A stretch of 61,962 nt of DNA, the filler included, from Sphacelaria rigidula (Eukaryota): NCBI GenBank assembly GCA_964200075.2. It is 9 parts of 9 records of this genome, joined end to end, with 100 filler letters (N's around TTAATTAATTAA, not from the genome) between each part and the next. Parts side by side here need not be neighbours in the genome. Positions count along the whole stretch, not along the records: positions 34,483 to 41,277 come from CAXNAA020018044.1; positions 41,378 to 48,172 come from CAXNAA020018045.1; positions 48,273 to 55,067 come from CAXNAA020018046.1; 6 more parts are not named here. One strand, given 5' to 3'. The translations under genes were made by a program, and so were the position numbers. Of this stretch, positions 36,477 to 49,249 are shown in pieces. The notes beneath the pieces were generated by a model that saw only the letters and a list, made by a program, of their open reading frames with translations, ran no database searches and was not told the DNA's origin. The stretch's first letter is position 1; each line of letters starts with the position of its first letter.

Positions 36477-37104
36477 TATCACCCTCAAGGAATATACCAG
36501 GCCAGGGGTGGCACGAAGCCAGCGGCTGGCCGCAATGAACGATTGCAGTCGAGCAAAGTGACTCTCGAGCTCGTGGCTAACAGGCCCTTGAGTCCGAACC
36601 AGCACTGCATCATAAGATAAAACATAGACCCCACTTTCACGTGCAGAGAAGTGCTCTTGACTTGCTTGCAAGCGAGACGTCTCCAAGTGGTGGCTGATAG
36701 CTTTGTTTATATAGGCTTGGCTACTGGTTAGCTGGAACCGAAGTTGCTAGGTGGTGGAAAGTTGTGAAGGGCTAGGGACGCGGGTGAAACACGCCAAATT
36801 GGAATACAACACCAACATGCTAATGGAGTAAGACCTACTGCACTTGCCACGCGTACTTCGAAACACCTACTAAATATACAGCCGGTATCCGCTGTAACAG
36901 TTGCTTCTCTCTCTGGTGATATTGTCATCGACACGCGTGTACACTGCAGTCGATCGGTGCATTTAGCCACAACTGATGATTCACAGTTACAGAGTTTTGG
37001 GGGGAAAGATGGTTTCGCTCTGTGTTACTGTTTCGCGTCGTCCCTGCCAAAAGGATATGCCACTTGAAACTCATTTTTGATAAGGACCCCATTTTTCAGG
37101 ATCC

Positions 37105-37480
37105 ACTATTACGAGGTGAATCAAGCTCACGTACATGTTGCCCGACTTTCATACAGCACAATTAATAGGTACATGTTCTCCCCCTCCATCCATACGAGGT
37201 GAATCAAGCGTAGTACGTGTTCTCGAATGTCCCCCCATGCAGCAGGATCATACGTACACCTTTCCCACCTCCCATTCATATGAGATTAATCAAGTCTATA
37301 TGTTTCCCACCAGTGATTCGTGCAGAAATTTGTACGAATACATTTTTGTTCGCCCTCTTGATTCGTGCGACACTCTTGGATTGTACACATTCCTGGTTCG
37401 TGATTCGTGTGGTACGACCCTGACCATACACCTTTACCATCCGCGATCCATACCGAATGACTCTTTGGTACATGATTCGC
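37105..37480. repeat. Degenerate minisatellite-like region (ACGAGGTGAATCAAG units, with inverted GATTCGTG units)
   Basis: The motif recurs at about 37111, 37194 and 37281, with reverse-like copies at 37314-37475. Confidence 0.5.
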
Positions 37481-40400
37481 ATTCAACAGTCCTTGGGGGA
37501 GTCAACCCGCATGAACTCTGGTTCGTCCGAACCGTTCTATCTTGCAAGTGTTTTTCCTTTCCACCCTAGGTTAGCCCACATAAATGTATGTAGTAGATTG
37601 TCGACACGGCTGAACTTGTAGCAGGTCAGTTGATGCGCTACAGTACAATCAATCAGTAGATAATCAAGATATAGACGATGACAAAGCTCTCGTTTGATAT
37701 AGGTTTAAATCCTTAAACGCCCGAACCCCTAAAACAGTCGTCTTTGAACGTATATAAGGGTGGATGACAAATCAAAAGAGCTATTCATGTTGCTCACCAT
37801 AGTTGGACGCCAAGCGAACACACTTTTAGGGGGGGGGGATGCGGATTAATAGTTTTTTTTGGTATGTTGAGGCAACGCCTGCGCAGAGAGGATGGTTACC
37901 ACACGCACAAAATATGTACTGTGCGCTATAACTCATTCGTGCATCATACTGTAGGTCGCAGCTAGCAGCATACTGCCGTCTCAGTAAAACCTACACAACA
38001 GCGGCGGGGATCGCGCCGCCCATACCGTGTGGCACATGGATAAAAAGAATGCGAACACCTATGGAAACATCCTCGAAAGGGTCGCGCAGACTATAATATC
38101 AGCGGACAAAATCCCGCAACGAAAATCACAGATTGGCGTTTCAGGGAAGCTTCAATCTTCGAGGACAATAGCATTTAGGCCTCGAAGGGTTCACCGCGTG
38201 GGGTGCTGCCGCCGCCCTTCGCGCTATAGAATTACTCCCCAGACATTAGTTTCCAAACGCCCTGCATGACCTTTACAACACCAGGGTGGGTTTTGTGTTC
38301 ATTTTCATTTTATTCTTCATATCTGCATTATTTGTTCCGATGATCCACGCTGATGGTAGAGGGATTAACACCATCACAGGGGGCACTCTTTCCTGCTTCC
38401 CACGATGATACTCGACGTATCGAACACAGAAACGTATCAACAGCCATTATCTTCCATACCCCCCCATCCCCATGCCCTAAATATTGGTGTATCTATTCGG
38501 AGTAGGGATGGTGCACCGTCTCGAAAGGGATGCCTGGTCAAAGGTCAAATGACGAACGCAAGCAAGGAGTGAGTATCACCCCCTCCCCCCCCCCCTGCAA
38601 GATAATCAGTATATGCTTCGGGTCAAACAATGTCAGCAGGATGCAGCTCACCCTTTATGCGATTCACCGAACACGCCACGGTGCTTCGCGCTAGGTTATC
38701 AATGCGAGCCGGGTCCGGCGAGAACCCGGCGCACTCCGTCTCGGCTTCGTACGCATACGAGGTCATAAGTGTTATGACTACGGCGTGCAAGATCATGAGT
38801 ACCCTCACCACCCCCGTTTCTTCCCGAAATAATAAACCATTTGTTGTGCTGGCGTCCTGTGCCTAACGGCATTCATAACCTGGTCCTATAAATCGTATGC
38901 TGCATTGTAGATACACACAAAAACGGTCACAGCAGCAAAACTATGTGAAAAAAATGCGTGTGACCCAACTATTTTATCCGTAAGTGCAGATTTTGTTAAT
39001 TCAGTAATATAGTGTGAACAGATCAAAAGGCTCTGTGCAGCACATATCTACTGCTCATTATTCAACTCGGAACAACCTTCAATTTCTCTTCTACAGTATC
39101 TTTCATGAGTGCGAGAATGCGCACATACAATACAGGTATAGATGTTTACATGGAACCACGTTCCAAAAAATCCACTCGTACGAACTGCCTAAAATTATCA
39201 ATTACTCTACATGAAAAATAATTTCAGCAACCCCCCCCCCTATTGAGACAACTCGGAATGCTGATGCAGATCATAACTTGAAAGGAAAAGAATTAAACGG
39301 TCTGACAAAACAACGACTACAACAAAAGGGAGGAAATAACAAACCGGGTATATCCGATGCTCGCTCATCTTCACTCGACCGCACCCGCTGCGCATAATAA
39401 TCCTTCCATTTTCCAATCTACTCCTAGTCACTTGTCGTGTCGTATCAGCTGCCATGCTCCATCGCTCAGAGTACAAAGCATCCAAAAAACAAGACAACAA
39501 AACACACAGTAGCCACGACATTGGGGCCCGCCAGCCTCAAATACCCCCTCGAGGACGCATGCCCCCAAACCTTCTTTTCGGAACAGTATTGTGAGCTGAA
39601 TGACCATCTCTAGCCACAGCGTCGGCAAGATAACACAAGACACTGTAATAGCTTACCAGCACATCCTATGCTTCAGAACAATCATCACCAAAACGAACCG
39701 CCACTCGTCCATATCTAGGAGTATTCTACAGTCTTCAATCCCGTGAGCCATATACAGTAGTTGGGGGCCGCGGTTCAAGGGCGGTGTAGTGCCTCTGTCT
39801 TGCACAACTTATACTTGGAAGAATTTCACACGTCGGACAGCTAGCTGAATATAACTTGTCATTGATGTACTGATTCCGATCACAAGCTAGCTCATTCGCC
39901 CCCCCCCTCCCCCCCCTTCTTTTTTTTCGAGGTCAATGGTCATGAGCACACCCCTCTTCTTTTTTTTTCCAAATTGGCTCCCTGCAGCGCTGGACGCCGA
40001 GCACGCGCAGTAGCGCAAAAGTAGCGCTTTGGACCTCTCGGACCCCTCTGGCACGTGTGTTTGTGTTTTTGGACAACGGATCTTAGAGCCCTCTTCAAAT
40101 TGTTTCAGGTAGACCATGAGCCGTTCGACTTGTAAAGACATACGGTGGAGGCCCTGCTATGAGGCGGCATACTGCGTTGCAGGCAACCACTGGTCACCTC
40201 AACAGCGGGACTCAGCCTGAGGGTGGATTGGGGTATCTCTACTTCCTGGGGGAGTGTCATTGTGCAGGTCGATTTTCAGCCCCGTCAAGCAGGGCCCCGC
40301 TGTGGAACGAAGGGCCGCGTTCAAGACTGGGGACGACACTATGTAATGTTGGATAATAATCAAAGCAGCAGTCTTTCACACTCTTTTTTTCAGTGGTTCA

Positions 40401-42881
40401 CGTCGGGCCTATCCGTGACGGACGTTCCCTCGACAGAAAAAAACAACAACACCGTCACCACAACGATGGAGGCGGGAGGGGGGAGGGAGTGGAGGCCCTC
40501 TCTTCTCAGCATGCTCCTCTCTTCCATGTGCTTATTTCTGCGTTTCATTGGATCATCTTCCTGTGTTCCCTCCTCTTTTTTTCTTGTCCTTCCAAAAGTA
40601 TAACAGCCACATCTATCTATACTTTCATTCAAGGATTTTGTGTGTTATGTGTGTGTGTTTTGCTATCACGCTCACGCACGTACGCGTGCATGCGCGGACT
40701 GAACAACAAGCACCTAAATTAAATATAACCATACTCGCAACGCCCTTTCACTGTTTCGTTCGGTGCGGCTTGAGCGCGTACATATGTTTGGCGGCAAAAA
40801 ACACAACGGTGCCCAACAACGTGAGGGCGACTCCTACCCCGCCGTGCGTTGTCCATGCCGCTCCCCAACACACCTGCTCCGAGGTCGAGAATGAGAACAG
40901 GGGCGCGCGCGGGGGAGGCGTTTGATCCTCCACTGCTTACAGTTTTTCTTCATGCCTTGTTGTTCAGTAGCGTCGTTCTTAATGTCGCGAACAGATGTCT
41001 GCTATGTGACTGCATACTAATGCAATATCGCATTTACAGAAGTCTCAAGATAGAATCTCCCGACCATGTTGTATTGTGTGATGATTTTTTCTTCTTGTTC
41101 ATGCAAAAATATTCATATTGTAGAATTAGTTTCACTCGAACAACGTTTCAGCAAAACCACACACATTTCTTTCCCGTGCAGGATCTACCGGGACTTGCCC
41201 CCCCCCCCCGCGAGAACCCGGCGTGCTCCGTCCCGGCTTTGTAGGGGCGGACCCCCAATGGGGTTGGCGTCGGTTGGNNNNNNNNNNNNNNNNNNNNNNN
41301 NNNNNNNNNNNNNNNNNNNNNTTAATTAATTAANNNNNNNNNNNNNNNNNNNNNNNNNNNNNNNNNNNNNNNNNNNNAAGCAACAAATGAGTACGCCCCC
41401 CCCCCCCGCCCCCAGCCCTCCCCCAACTCCATTCCTGAGTGGATTGATGTTGAACGAATACCGAAGAGCACAAGAGCTAGCACCAGATGTAATACGCGTG
41501 CGTGGTGGGTGTCTGCGTGGTTGTTTGGACCCCGTTGTGCCGGCGTGTTTCAGTCAGTATCCTCGTGCTGCCAGGTTCGGAGATTCAGAATTCGGAGCAG
41601 TCCCGTTCAGATGTCTAGAACTGTCCAAACTTACGTCCTGTCCAAGAAATATCCATGTGGGAAATTCATGTGTGCTCTCGATAGGCCCCGACATTGGCCG
41701 TTACGATGGAAACGACGTTCCAACATGGTTTCTGATCCGGATTCCTTTGTCCGGGTAAGACACGACCTAACCGAAGGGTGTTTGTAGTCATAAAATATAG
41801 ATTCACTGTATAGCTGGATTCCTAGGGGTGCAGCAGATCATACTACGCGTGAAAATTGTTCTCGCGTGACTCTATGCGGCTAAACTCGAAGCCGGCCACA
41901 GGAAACACCAGTACAAAAATGGTTCTATCGGAACGTTTTTTCATCACCCATTGAATTTTGACACGGTGGAGAAATTCGATTTGATATTTTTCGTATCGCG
42001 AGTTGAGAGCACGCGCTGCGGTTCGCTGCCGCAGGGTGTATACCCTAACAAAAGTGGCGATGTGTTCATGCGGTATGCTTTCGCCTTGGGATCTTCTGTC
42101 TTCTGACCGACGGTCTAAGCGAAAAGGGCTGGTATGAAATTCGAAAAAAGCTACGCTCACAAGGAATTGGCCGCCCACGACTTGGCCTATGTATTACCAG
42201 AGTTCCGATCCACTGACCCCTTGCAGTCTTTCCCTCCAACGCTCACTGCTCTTCGCGGAGACTACTCGACACCTTTTTCTCGTGTACGTAACTGTCGCCA
42301 TCGAACTGTAGGGATGATACCGGGAACGGTGGAGACGCGAGTTCGCAACCTGGCCTACGCACGTACATCAGCAGCTTTGTGTTCCATTCCCTGTGTGATG
42401 AGCAAGCCACCATCATCAAGCAACCCAACACTACAAACTGTAGGAGCTTCGACTGGTCGCAGTTCGCAGACCCACAACTGCTTACTGTAAAGCCCTGCGG
42501 TGAAGTTGGTGATCGAAGCACAGCGACAGCTCCTTCGTATTCTGTTCATGTCCGTATCTAGTGCTCGTGCCATCCAGGCGTTTGTTTCACTCGATATTAT
42601 GCGCGGGGAAACAGCGATCCGGCAAGGCGCAACAGCAAAGAAAGCTCGTACCGTTTCTGAACTCACTACCGGATTTCCTGGAGCGGTAATGCCGCATGTG
42701 TGAACTGCGGAGGAGGTTCAAACCATGCGACGCGTTTCTGGCGAAGTTTTCGTGATCGATCTGAATCACTGTATTCATGTTGTGAACCTACTGTCCTCCT
42801 CCTCCCCTACCGTTTTGCGCCCTGTATGTGTTTTTCGGCCGTTATGCCTTCACACCTCAGCTTTGTTCTCCCCTGAAGTCG

Positions 42882-45194
42882 ATGGCCCTTCGTAGTGCCA
42901 CCGTAGCGGTGAACGTGTCGAACAAGGTATTACAGCGATCGCCGCGAACGTCGCCTCGAGCTCTTCTCGCTCGTCTATCGTATGCCGTTATCTCCTGTAG
43001 TTCTCCGCATGTGTTTCCACCATCTGCTAGAGGCACGCCAGGCAGTAGAGGCCTGGCAGGTGGTCACAGGGGTGGTATAAGTCATGGCGGACAGCAAGGA
43101 CAACCGGGCGGCGGGTGTGGACAGCGAGAATCTAGCGCTATTCGAGCCGCGCGAAAATCGTACATGAATCGATTGAGGCGGGCGGGGTTTCACCGAGACT
43201 GGGGTACGGCGAACCAAATCTTGGCGGAAGCTCTGGCTCGCGACGATGCACCTTGGCTTGTGAATGCCTACATCTACGCTGCTGCCATGAACGTTGCTGG
43301 AAGATGTGGAGAGTGGAAAGCTGCTGTTGGAGTGTTGGCACATATGCGACAGCAGAGAGCCATCCGTCCCGATGTTGTGTGCTACAACTCGGCAATAAAA
43401 GCTTGTGGTGATGGTGGGCAGTGGAAGCAGGCTTTGTCGCTTTTGAGGGAGATGCAGAACGAGGAAATCGAGCCTGATGTAGTGAGCTACACCTCAACCA
43501 TGAAGGCATGTGGGGAATCTAAGCAGTGGGCAGAAGCTTTGTTACTTTTGAAGGAGATGCAGATGAAGGGGATCACCCTGGATCACATTGCCTACAACTC
43601 GGCCATCAAGGCATGCGGGAACGGTGGCCAATGGGAGCAGGCTTTGTCACTTCTGCGGGAAATGCAGAGGGAGCGTGTCGCCCCGAATGTAATATCATAT
43701 AGCTCAGCCCTCAAGGCATGCGGAGACGTTGGGCAATGGGCCGAATCTCTGTCACTCTTGCGAGAGATGCGGAGTGAGGGTGTCACTCCTGACGTGGTGA
43801 CTTACAACTCGGCCATCAAGGCGTGTGGGGATGGAGGGCAATGGGAACAGGCGTTGTCGCTTATGAGGGAGATGCCGAGGGATGGTGTCACCCCTGATGT
43901 AGTGAGTTTCAATGCGACCATCAAGGCATGCGGAGATTGTGGGCAGTGGGCGCAGGCTTTGTCACTTTTGAGAGAAATGCCGAAGGAAGGTATCGACCCA
44001 GATACCACCACCTACAACGTAGCCATCAGGGCATGCGGGGATGGAAAGCAGTGGGAACAAGCGTTGTCATTGTTGAGGGAGATGCAGACCGCAGATATTG
44101 GATGTGATGATGTAACATATAATTCCGCCATCAAGGCATGCGGGGATGGGGGGCGGTGGGACCAGACCCTGAGGCTTCTTGAGGACATGCAAAGAAATGG
44201 TATCTCCCCAGACCATATCACATACACTTCTGCCATCAAGGCATGTGGAGACGGTGGGCAGTGGGAGCAGGCTTTGTCTCTTTTGAGGGAGATGCAGACA
44301 AGGGGTATTGTGCTGGGTACCATAGCATACAATTCCGCAATCAAGGCATGCGGAGATGGTGGGCAATGGAAGCGGGCAATGTCGCTTTTGCGGGAAATGC
44401 AGTCAGAGCGTATTCCCCTGGATGATATCACCTACGGCTCAGCTATCAAGGCATGCGGGGACGGTGGGCAGTGGGAGCAGGCGCTGTCGCTCTTCAGGGA
44501 AATGCAGACCAAAGGCGTCGCTGCAAATGAAAGATCCTATAGCTCAGCGATCAAAGCATGTGGGGGCGGCGGGCAGTGGGAGCAGGCTCTGTCTCTTCTG
44601 AGAGAGATGCAGATGGAGGATATCACCCCAACCGAAATCACTTACAACTCGACTATCAAGGCATGCGGCGACGGTGGGCAGTGGGAGCAAGCTTTATTCC
44701 TGTTGCAGGAGATGCAGACAAGGGGTATTCCCCCAGATGGTATAACCTACAACACCATCATTAAGGCATGCGGGGATGGTGGGCAGTGGGAGCAGGCTTT
44801 GTCACTTTTGAGAGAGATGCAGATGGAGAATATCGCCCCGAATGATATAACCTACAGCTCGGCAATTTCCGCATGCGGTGATGGTGGGCAGTGGAAGCAT
44901 GCTGTGTCGCTTCTGAGGGAAGTGCAGGCGAAGGCATTAGTGGATCCTACCGTAACTTGTTACAACTCAGCCATCGCGGCATGCGGAAAGAGTGGCGCAT
45001 GGCGAAATGCGGTTGCCATTCTGCGTGAATTGCACAGCACAGGTGTCAATGCTGCCCCGAATACCCGCAGCTACAACGCCGCCATTTTGTCTCTACGGTG
45101 TGGTACAAATTCGTGTAACGACGACAGCAGCGATCAAATAAGTAAGCACCACCGCAATGTAGCTAGATTAAGAACGAAGGACTGTGATATTTGA
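42882..45194 (+). CDS. P-class pentatricopeptide repeat (PPR) protein, intronless, about 17 motifs plus a partial one
   Basis: Uninterrupted ORF; the first ATG is at 42882. It carries ~35-aa repeats of consensus V-x-YNSAIKACGDGGQWEQALSLLREMQ-x-x-GI-x-PD. The Arg/Ser-rich, acid-poor N-terminus suggests an organellar transit peptide. Confidence 0.95.
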   Translation: MALRSATVAVNVSNKVLQRSPRTSPRALLARLSYAVISCSSPHVFPPSARGTPGSRGLAGGHRGGISHGGQQGQPGGGCGQRESSAIRAARKSYMNRLRRAGFHRDWGTANQILAEALARDDAPWLVNAYIYAAAMNVAGRCGEWKAAVGVLAHMRQQRAIRPDVVCYNSAIKACGDGGQWKQALSLLREMQNEEIEPDVVSYTSTMKACGESKQWAEALLLLKEMQMKGITLDHIAYNSAIKACGNGGQWEQALSLLREMQRERVAPNVISYSSALKACGDVGQWAESLSLLREMRSEGVTPDVVTYNSAIKACGDGGQWEQALSLMREMPRDGVTPDVVSFNATIKACGDCGQWAQALSLLREMPKEGIDPDTTTYNVAIRACGDGKQWEQALSLLREMQTADIGCDDVTYNSAIKACGDGGRWDQTLRLLEDMQRNGISPDHITYTSAIKACGDGGQWEQALSLLREMQTRGIVLGTIAYNSAIKACGDGGQWKRAMSLLREMQSERIPLDDITYGSAIKACGDGGQWEQALSLFREMQTKGVAANERSYSSAIKACGGGGQWEQALSLLREMQMEDITPTEITYNSTIKACGDGGQWEQALFLLQEMQTRGIPPDGITYNTIIKACGDGGQWEQALSLLREMQMENIAPNDITYSSAISACGDGGQWKHAVSLLREVQAKALVDPTVTCYNSAIAACGKSGAWRNAVAILRELHSTGVNAAPNTRSYNAAILSLRCGTNSCNDDSSDQISKHHRNVARLRTKDCDI

Positions 45195-45984
45195 GTTCTA
45201 GAATTTCCTCCTTCTTGTTCCACCTCAATATTGCTCGACAAATGGAATACAAAATACTTGTAATCGTGTTGTTGTATTCATCCCACGAGTAGGTTCGCCG
45301 AGTACGCAGTGAGAATTCGTGACTAGCTTTTGCGTGTCAGCGTACTTGCACGTGAGGGATACCTTACACATCATAAAAATCGCTGCACAAGTTTGTGAGC
45401 CTTCGCAGAGTGATTGACTCGTTTAGCTTACTCAAAATCTTTCTCAACCTCTGCATTACTAGAGAGAAACATCATCACTATATCCCGGCACCTTGTACCC
45501 CCGGCGTCGTTGCATCTGCGTACTCGGCGTCTGGGATAGAACGAAGACAGCCCAGTACTTCTTTTCGTAGTGATTATGGATAAGTATGGCGCCATAGCGG
45601 GGGCGGCAGCAACTTCTCTTGGGCACGCTTCCACCCTCTTCCATCTATGGAACGAGTCAATGTGGTCTCTAGGAATCAATCATCCACCCATGTCTCGCCG
45701 TTATTCGATGTACGTTTTTTTTATATTGCATGAATGATGCTACGGTAGGGATGCACATTTTCTGAGGTTAGAATTGTTAGGAGCCCTGTATCTCATCCGA
45801 AGCACCACTTACGAAATATGTGAGTACGCCAGGATTACTAATTCAATGTCCTAGAGATATCCCGAATGGATTTGCAAACGGAGATGCCGTGACCCCTATT
45901 CTTGTGCAATCTAGAATCGGTGGCAACCCCTGACCCAGACAAGATTTCGCCCAAAAAGTGCACCCCTACCGTAGCATACTCGCA

Positions 45985-46180
45985 TGTTGAATCAGCACTC
46001 CCGCACCGCATCAACTTTGGTTGAATAAGTCATTTTACCACCCTTCCTCCCGTATGCAATGGTAGTGAAATCAAATTATTTTCACCGAAAAAAAGAAAAA
46101 ATAATGAATCTGCCGAGAATCGAACCTTAATCTCTCTGACCTATACTAGCTTCAGCTGTACCAGGAGTGCGCAGTGACGT
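45985..46180 (-). mobile_element. tRNA-derived SINE-like fragment
   Basis: Minus-strand GGTTCGATTC B box near 46116-46126. Shares CAGCACTCCCGCACCGC with the 2385/60345 family. Confidence 0.5.
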
Positions 46181-48272
46181 TTAGTTTTATGTCCTCCAGG
46201 GATACCCTCTCCTCCTGCGGGAGGAATGCTTTGTTTGGAACGAAATGCGATTTATTACGACTATTCGTCATCGATCTGGAGCGTGGTGCCTCACATTCGT
46301 CTCGCCTCATCGAAAACACCTCCTGAGGAGAGGTGGGGAGGATCAAAAACCAGGGAGAAAAGAGTATTACGGGGGAAGATTGTTAGTAGGGACAAAAAAC
46401 GCGCGGAGAAAAAAATGCAAGAAAAAATTATGTGACTGATAATTATAGTCATACCCGTTTACACGATATTTTTATCTGCAGTTTTTAGACAAAGTATGTA
46501 CGCGATCTCCCGCTTGTGTTTTGGTCATTGATGTCCCAAACCATAAGCGCATTTTTGCCACGAGTTGAAACAATGTGGATGGAATAAATATCATTCGGTT
46601 CAGACAAATTTGCCCCAGCTGCACAGGGCGTGTGCTTCGGCTCAAATCGGTGTCTCTGAGGCTCCGAGGTGAGAGAAAACAATGCACACTTTGCCTAGGG
46701 CACTCACTCGGAAACCGGGGATGCTGAGAAATGGGAACAAAAGAAAAGAAAGCAGGGTGCCCGGAGTTGTGCGGAGTGGTACATGGATAGCAACTTGCGA
46801 GTAAGTTATTTCGGAAAACCAGTCTCAAACTTTCATTATACGAAGCACTTTCCTCCAATGACCACAAATGGGAAAATGCGCGTGAAACATAAAATCTAAA
46901 TCGTCCGAAAGTATGGTATAGCTGTTGGGCGTTCTGAAATTTCGTCAACAGTTAACATATTTTGAGTTTTTGGATCGAATCCAAAATGTATGTACAAGCC
47001 CGGACATGAAGCGTTTTTGTCCGGAGGCAAACGGCCCGCATTTCATTGTCAAAATGGTACCACGACCTCTGCGGGCTTGTTCTTCAACCTTTTGGAGGCT
47101 CCAGCATCCTCAGTGCCTTAGAGGGGCACCATTTCGCTCAATTACGAGCAATATGTTCTGTTGCGCTCCCATGAAAAGAAATCGTTCACATTTTTCAGGA
47201 TCCCCTGCCGGAGTTTCTCCGTTTTCCTCGGGGTATTATTGTATGTTTTATATGGTGTAAAAGTAGTATATACTGTGTATGTGTCAACCATCGTGTCACC
47301 GTAAGAGGGGGGTGGGGATAGTACTACTTGTGATCATGTATGCCGTAGTCATAGGACCATTGACCTCGCATCCCTAAAAAGCCGGGACGGAACACGCCGG
47401 GTTTTCGCGGACCAGGCTCGCAATCAATGCCAAGCGCGAAGCGCCGTGATGTGGTGGTGAGTCGCACGAAGGGTGAGCTTCATCCTGCTAAGATTGTTGG
47501 GCCCGGAGCGTACTGATTATTTTGCATACAGATGACAGCCTCCAAAGAGTTACTCCATTTTCTGGTGTCGCCACGTCCAGAAACAGCCACGGGTTCTACG
47601 CTGCCCCACGAGTGCGTCTCACTATATAAATACTAGGTATTATGATCATTCCCGTCTGTGCGGAATCGAGGTTCTCTCACCCTGCAAACTATTATCTAGC
47701 TCGGCCACCATCATGGATATCGCAAAAAAAACTCAAGCACGCAATAAAATCGATAACCTGGCTGCCTAGCTTACGCGTTGAGTGGCGTGTTTAACAGCGT
47801 CATTGCCAACCGAAACCAACCCCATGGGGGTACGATGGAGGGGGGGGGGGAGGGGGGGGGGCATTTTTTCCACGAAAGCAGCGACAATGGACGCGCTTGT
47901 CACCTGATTCGTACTACTTCACCCTATTTTCACCCAAATACAACTACACCACGAATGTATCAGGTGTCAGGTCCTCTAAGCCTTCTTTCTTGGAATCAAA
48001 TACCCCCCGCCGCCTCCCCCCCCACCCTACGGTGCTCCGTCTCGGAAGGGGGATGCGTGTTCACTGGTCAAACGACGAAGGCAAGCAACAAAAAAATGAG
48101 TACACCACTAGGGCCCGGCGAAAGGGCAAGGACACGAATAGACACACCCTCCTTGCCGGTCTAATAACCACCNNNNNNNNNNNNNNNNNNNNNNNNNNNN
48201 NNNNNNNNNNNNNNNNTTAATTAATTAANNNNNNNNNNNNNNNNNNNNNNNNNNNNNNNNNNNNNNNNNNNN

Positions 48273-48456
48273 CGAAGAAAACAGTTCTTCCGTTTGAAAT
48301 CCTGACTCTGAATCTGAAACTACACTCTGAATCTCACGAATATACTGTTTGTCGGGCATGGTGTGAAAAAATCCCAGATTATCGCTCCGAAAATTGAACC
48401 TACAACCCAAGCATCAGGAGGTTACGACGTTAACAACTGAGCCACCGGGGCGACCG
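48273..48456 (-). mobile_element. tRNA-derived SINE-like element (same head as 11407)
   Basis: Reverse complement reads GTCGCCCCGGTGGCTCAGTTG...GGTTCAATT...ATCTGGGATT. Confidence 0.6.
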
Positions 48457-48499
48457 TAGGTGACGTGAAATCAAGAAGCCAACCATCATTTTAGTTTAA

Positions 48500-48730
48500 T
48501 ATACCATAACACAGCCCGGACATGACCACGAAATTAAGAAGCTGACCATTATATTTATTCAAGCTGCTACCATGACACAGCCCGGATGTAGACATGAAAT
48601 AGAGATGCTGACGCTCCTTTTTGTTTAACCTACCATGATACAGCCCGGATGTAGACATGAAATAGAGATGCTGACTCTCCTTTTTACCACGATACAGCCC
48701 GGACACAGACATGAAATAGAGAAGCTAGCC
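48500..48730. repeat. Tandem minisatellite, 4 units of about 53-69 bp
   Basis: ACAGCCCGGA...GAAAT...GCT recurs at about 48510, 48579, 48641 and 48694. Confidence 0.85.
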
Positions 48731-49249
48731 CTCATTTTTATTTCATTCACCTATCGTATACAACAGTATTAAAAAATAATACTGCTGGAGTATAAGATAT
48801 GGTTGGTACAATTGCACCGATGATTTCCCGCAACGGCCCGTCAACCCGACACAGTGTACAGTACAGTACACCGATGATTCTCGGCCGAGAAGAGATATGA
48901 CTCCCAAACTCTCCTTTCTCCCATTGATCTCCTTCATCCGCGCCTGCGTTTTTTGTCCGCGAATCCTCCGCAAAATCCTCCGCAATGTTGTGCATGAATC
49001 CTCCGTAGTCGTGCGCATGTAGAGCATTTGAGCAGCTGCTGCACACCTCCTCACAGCTCACTTTTCCCAACACACCAGCAAACAACCAGGACTGCTACCC
49101 AACCCATTGACAAAAGCTACGAACCGACCGTTAGTGGGTTCACAGCCCTCTTCTCTACGTCTGAGTACAGTGGCAGGTGCCAGCGGCACGCTAGATACAG
49201 ATAGATACATAGATAGATACCACCCCCGAGAACAGCATGGTCTTCGCAG

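Noticed and set aside
38000..38269. Possible isolated exon (...VWHMDKKNANTYGNILERVAQ...)
   Set aside because: No family was recognised and no partner exons could be linked.
42975..44764. Antisense and alternative-frame ORFs over the PPR gene
   Set aside because: They are shadow ORFs of the repetitive PPR coding sequence.
48500..48730. CRISPR-like repeat-spacer array
   Set aside because: The intervening sequences are homologous to each other (a minisatellite), there are no cas genes, and the context is eukaryotic.
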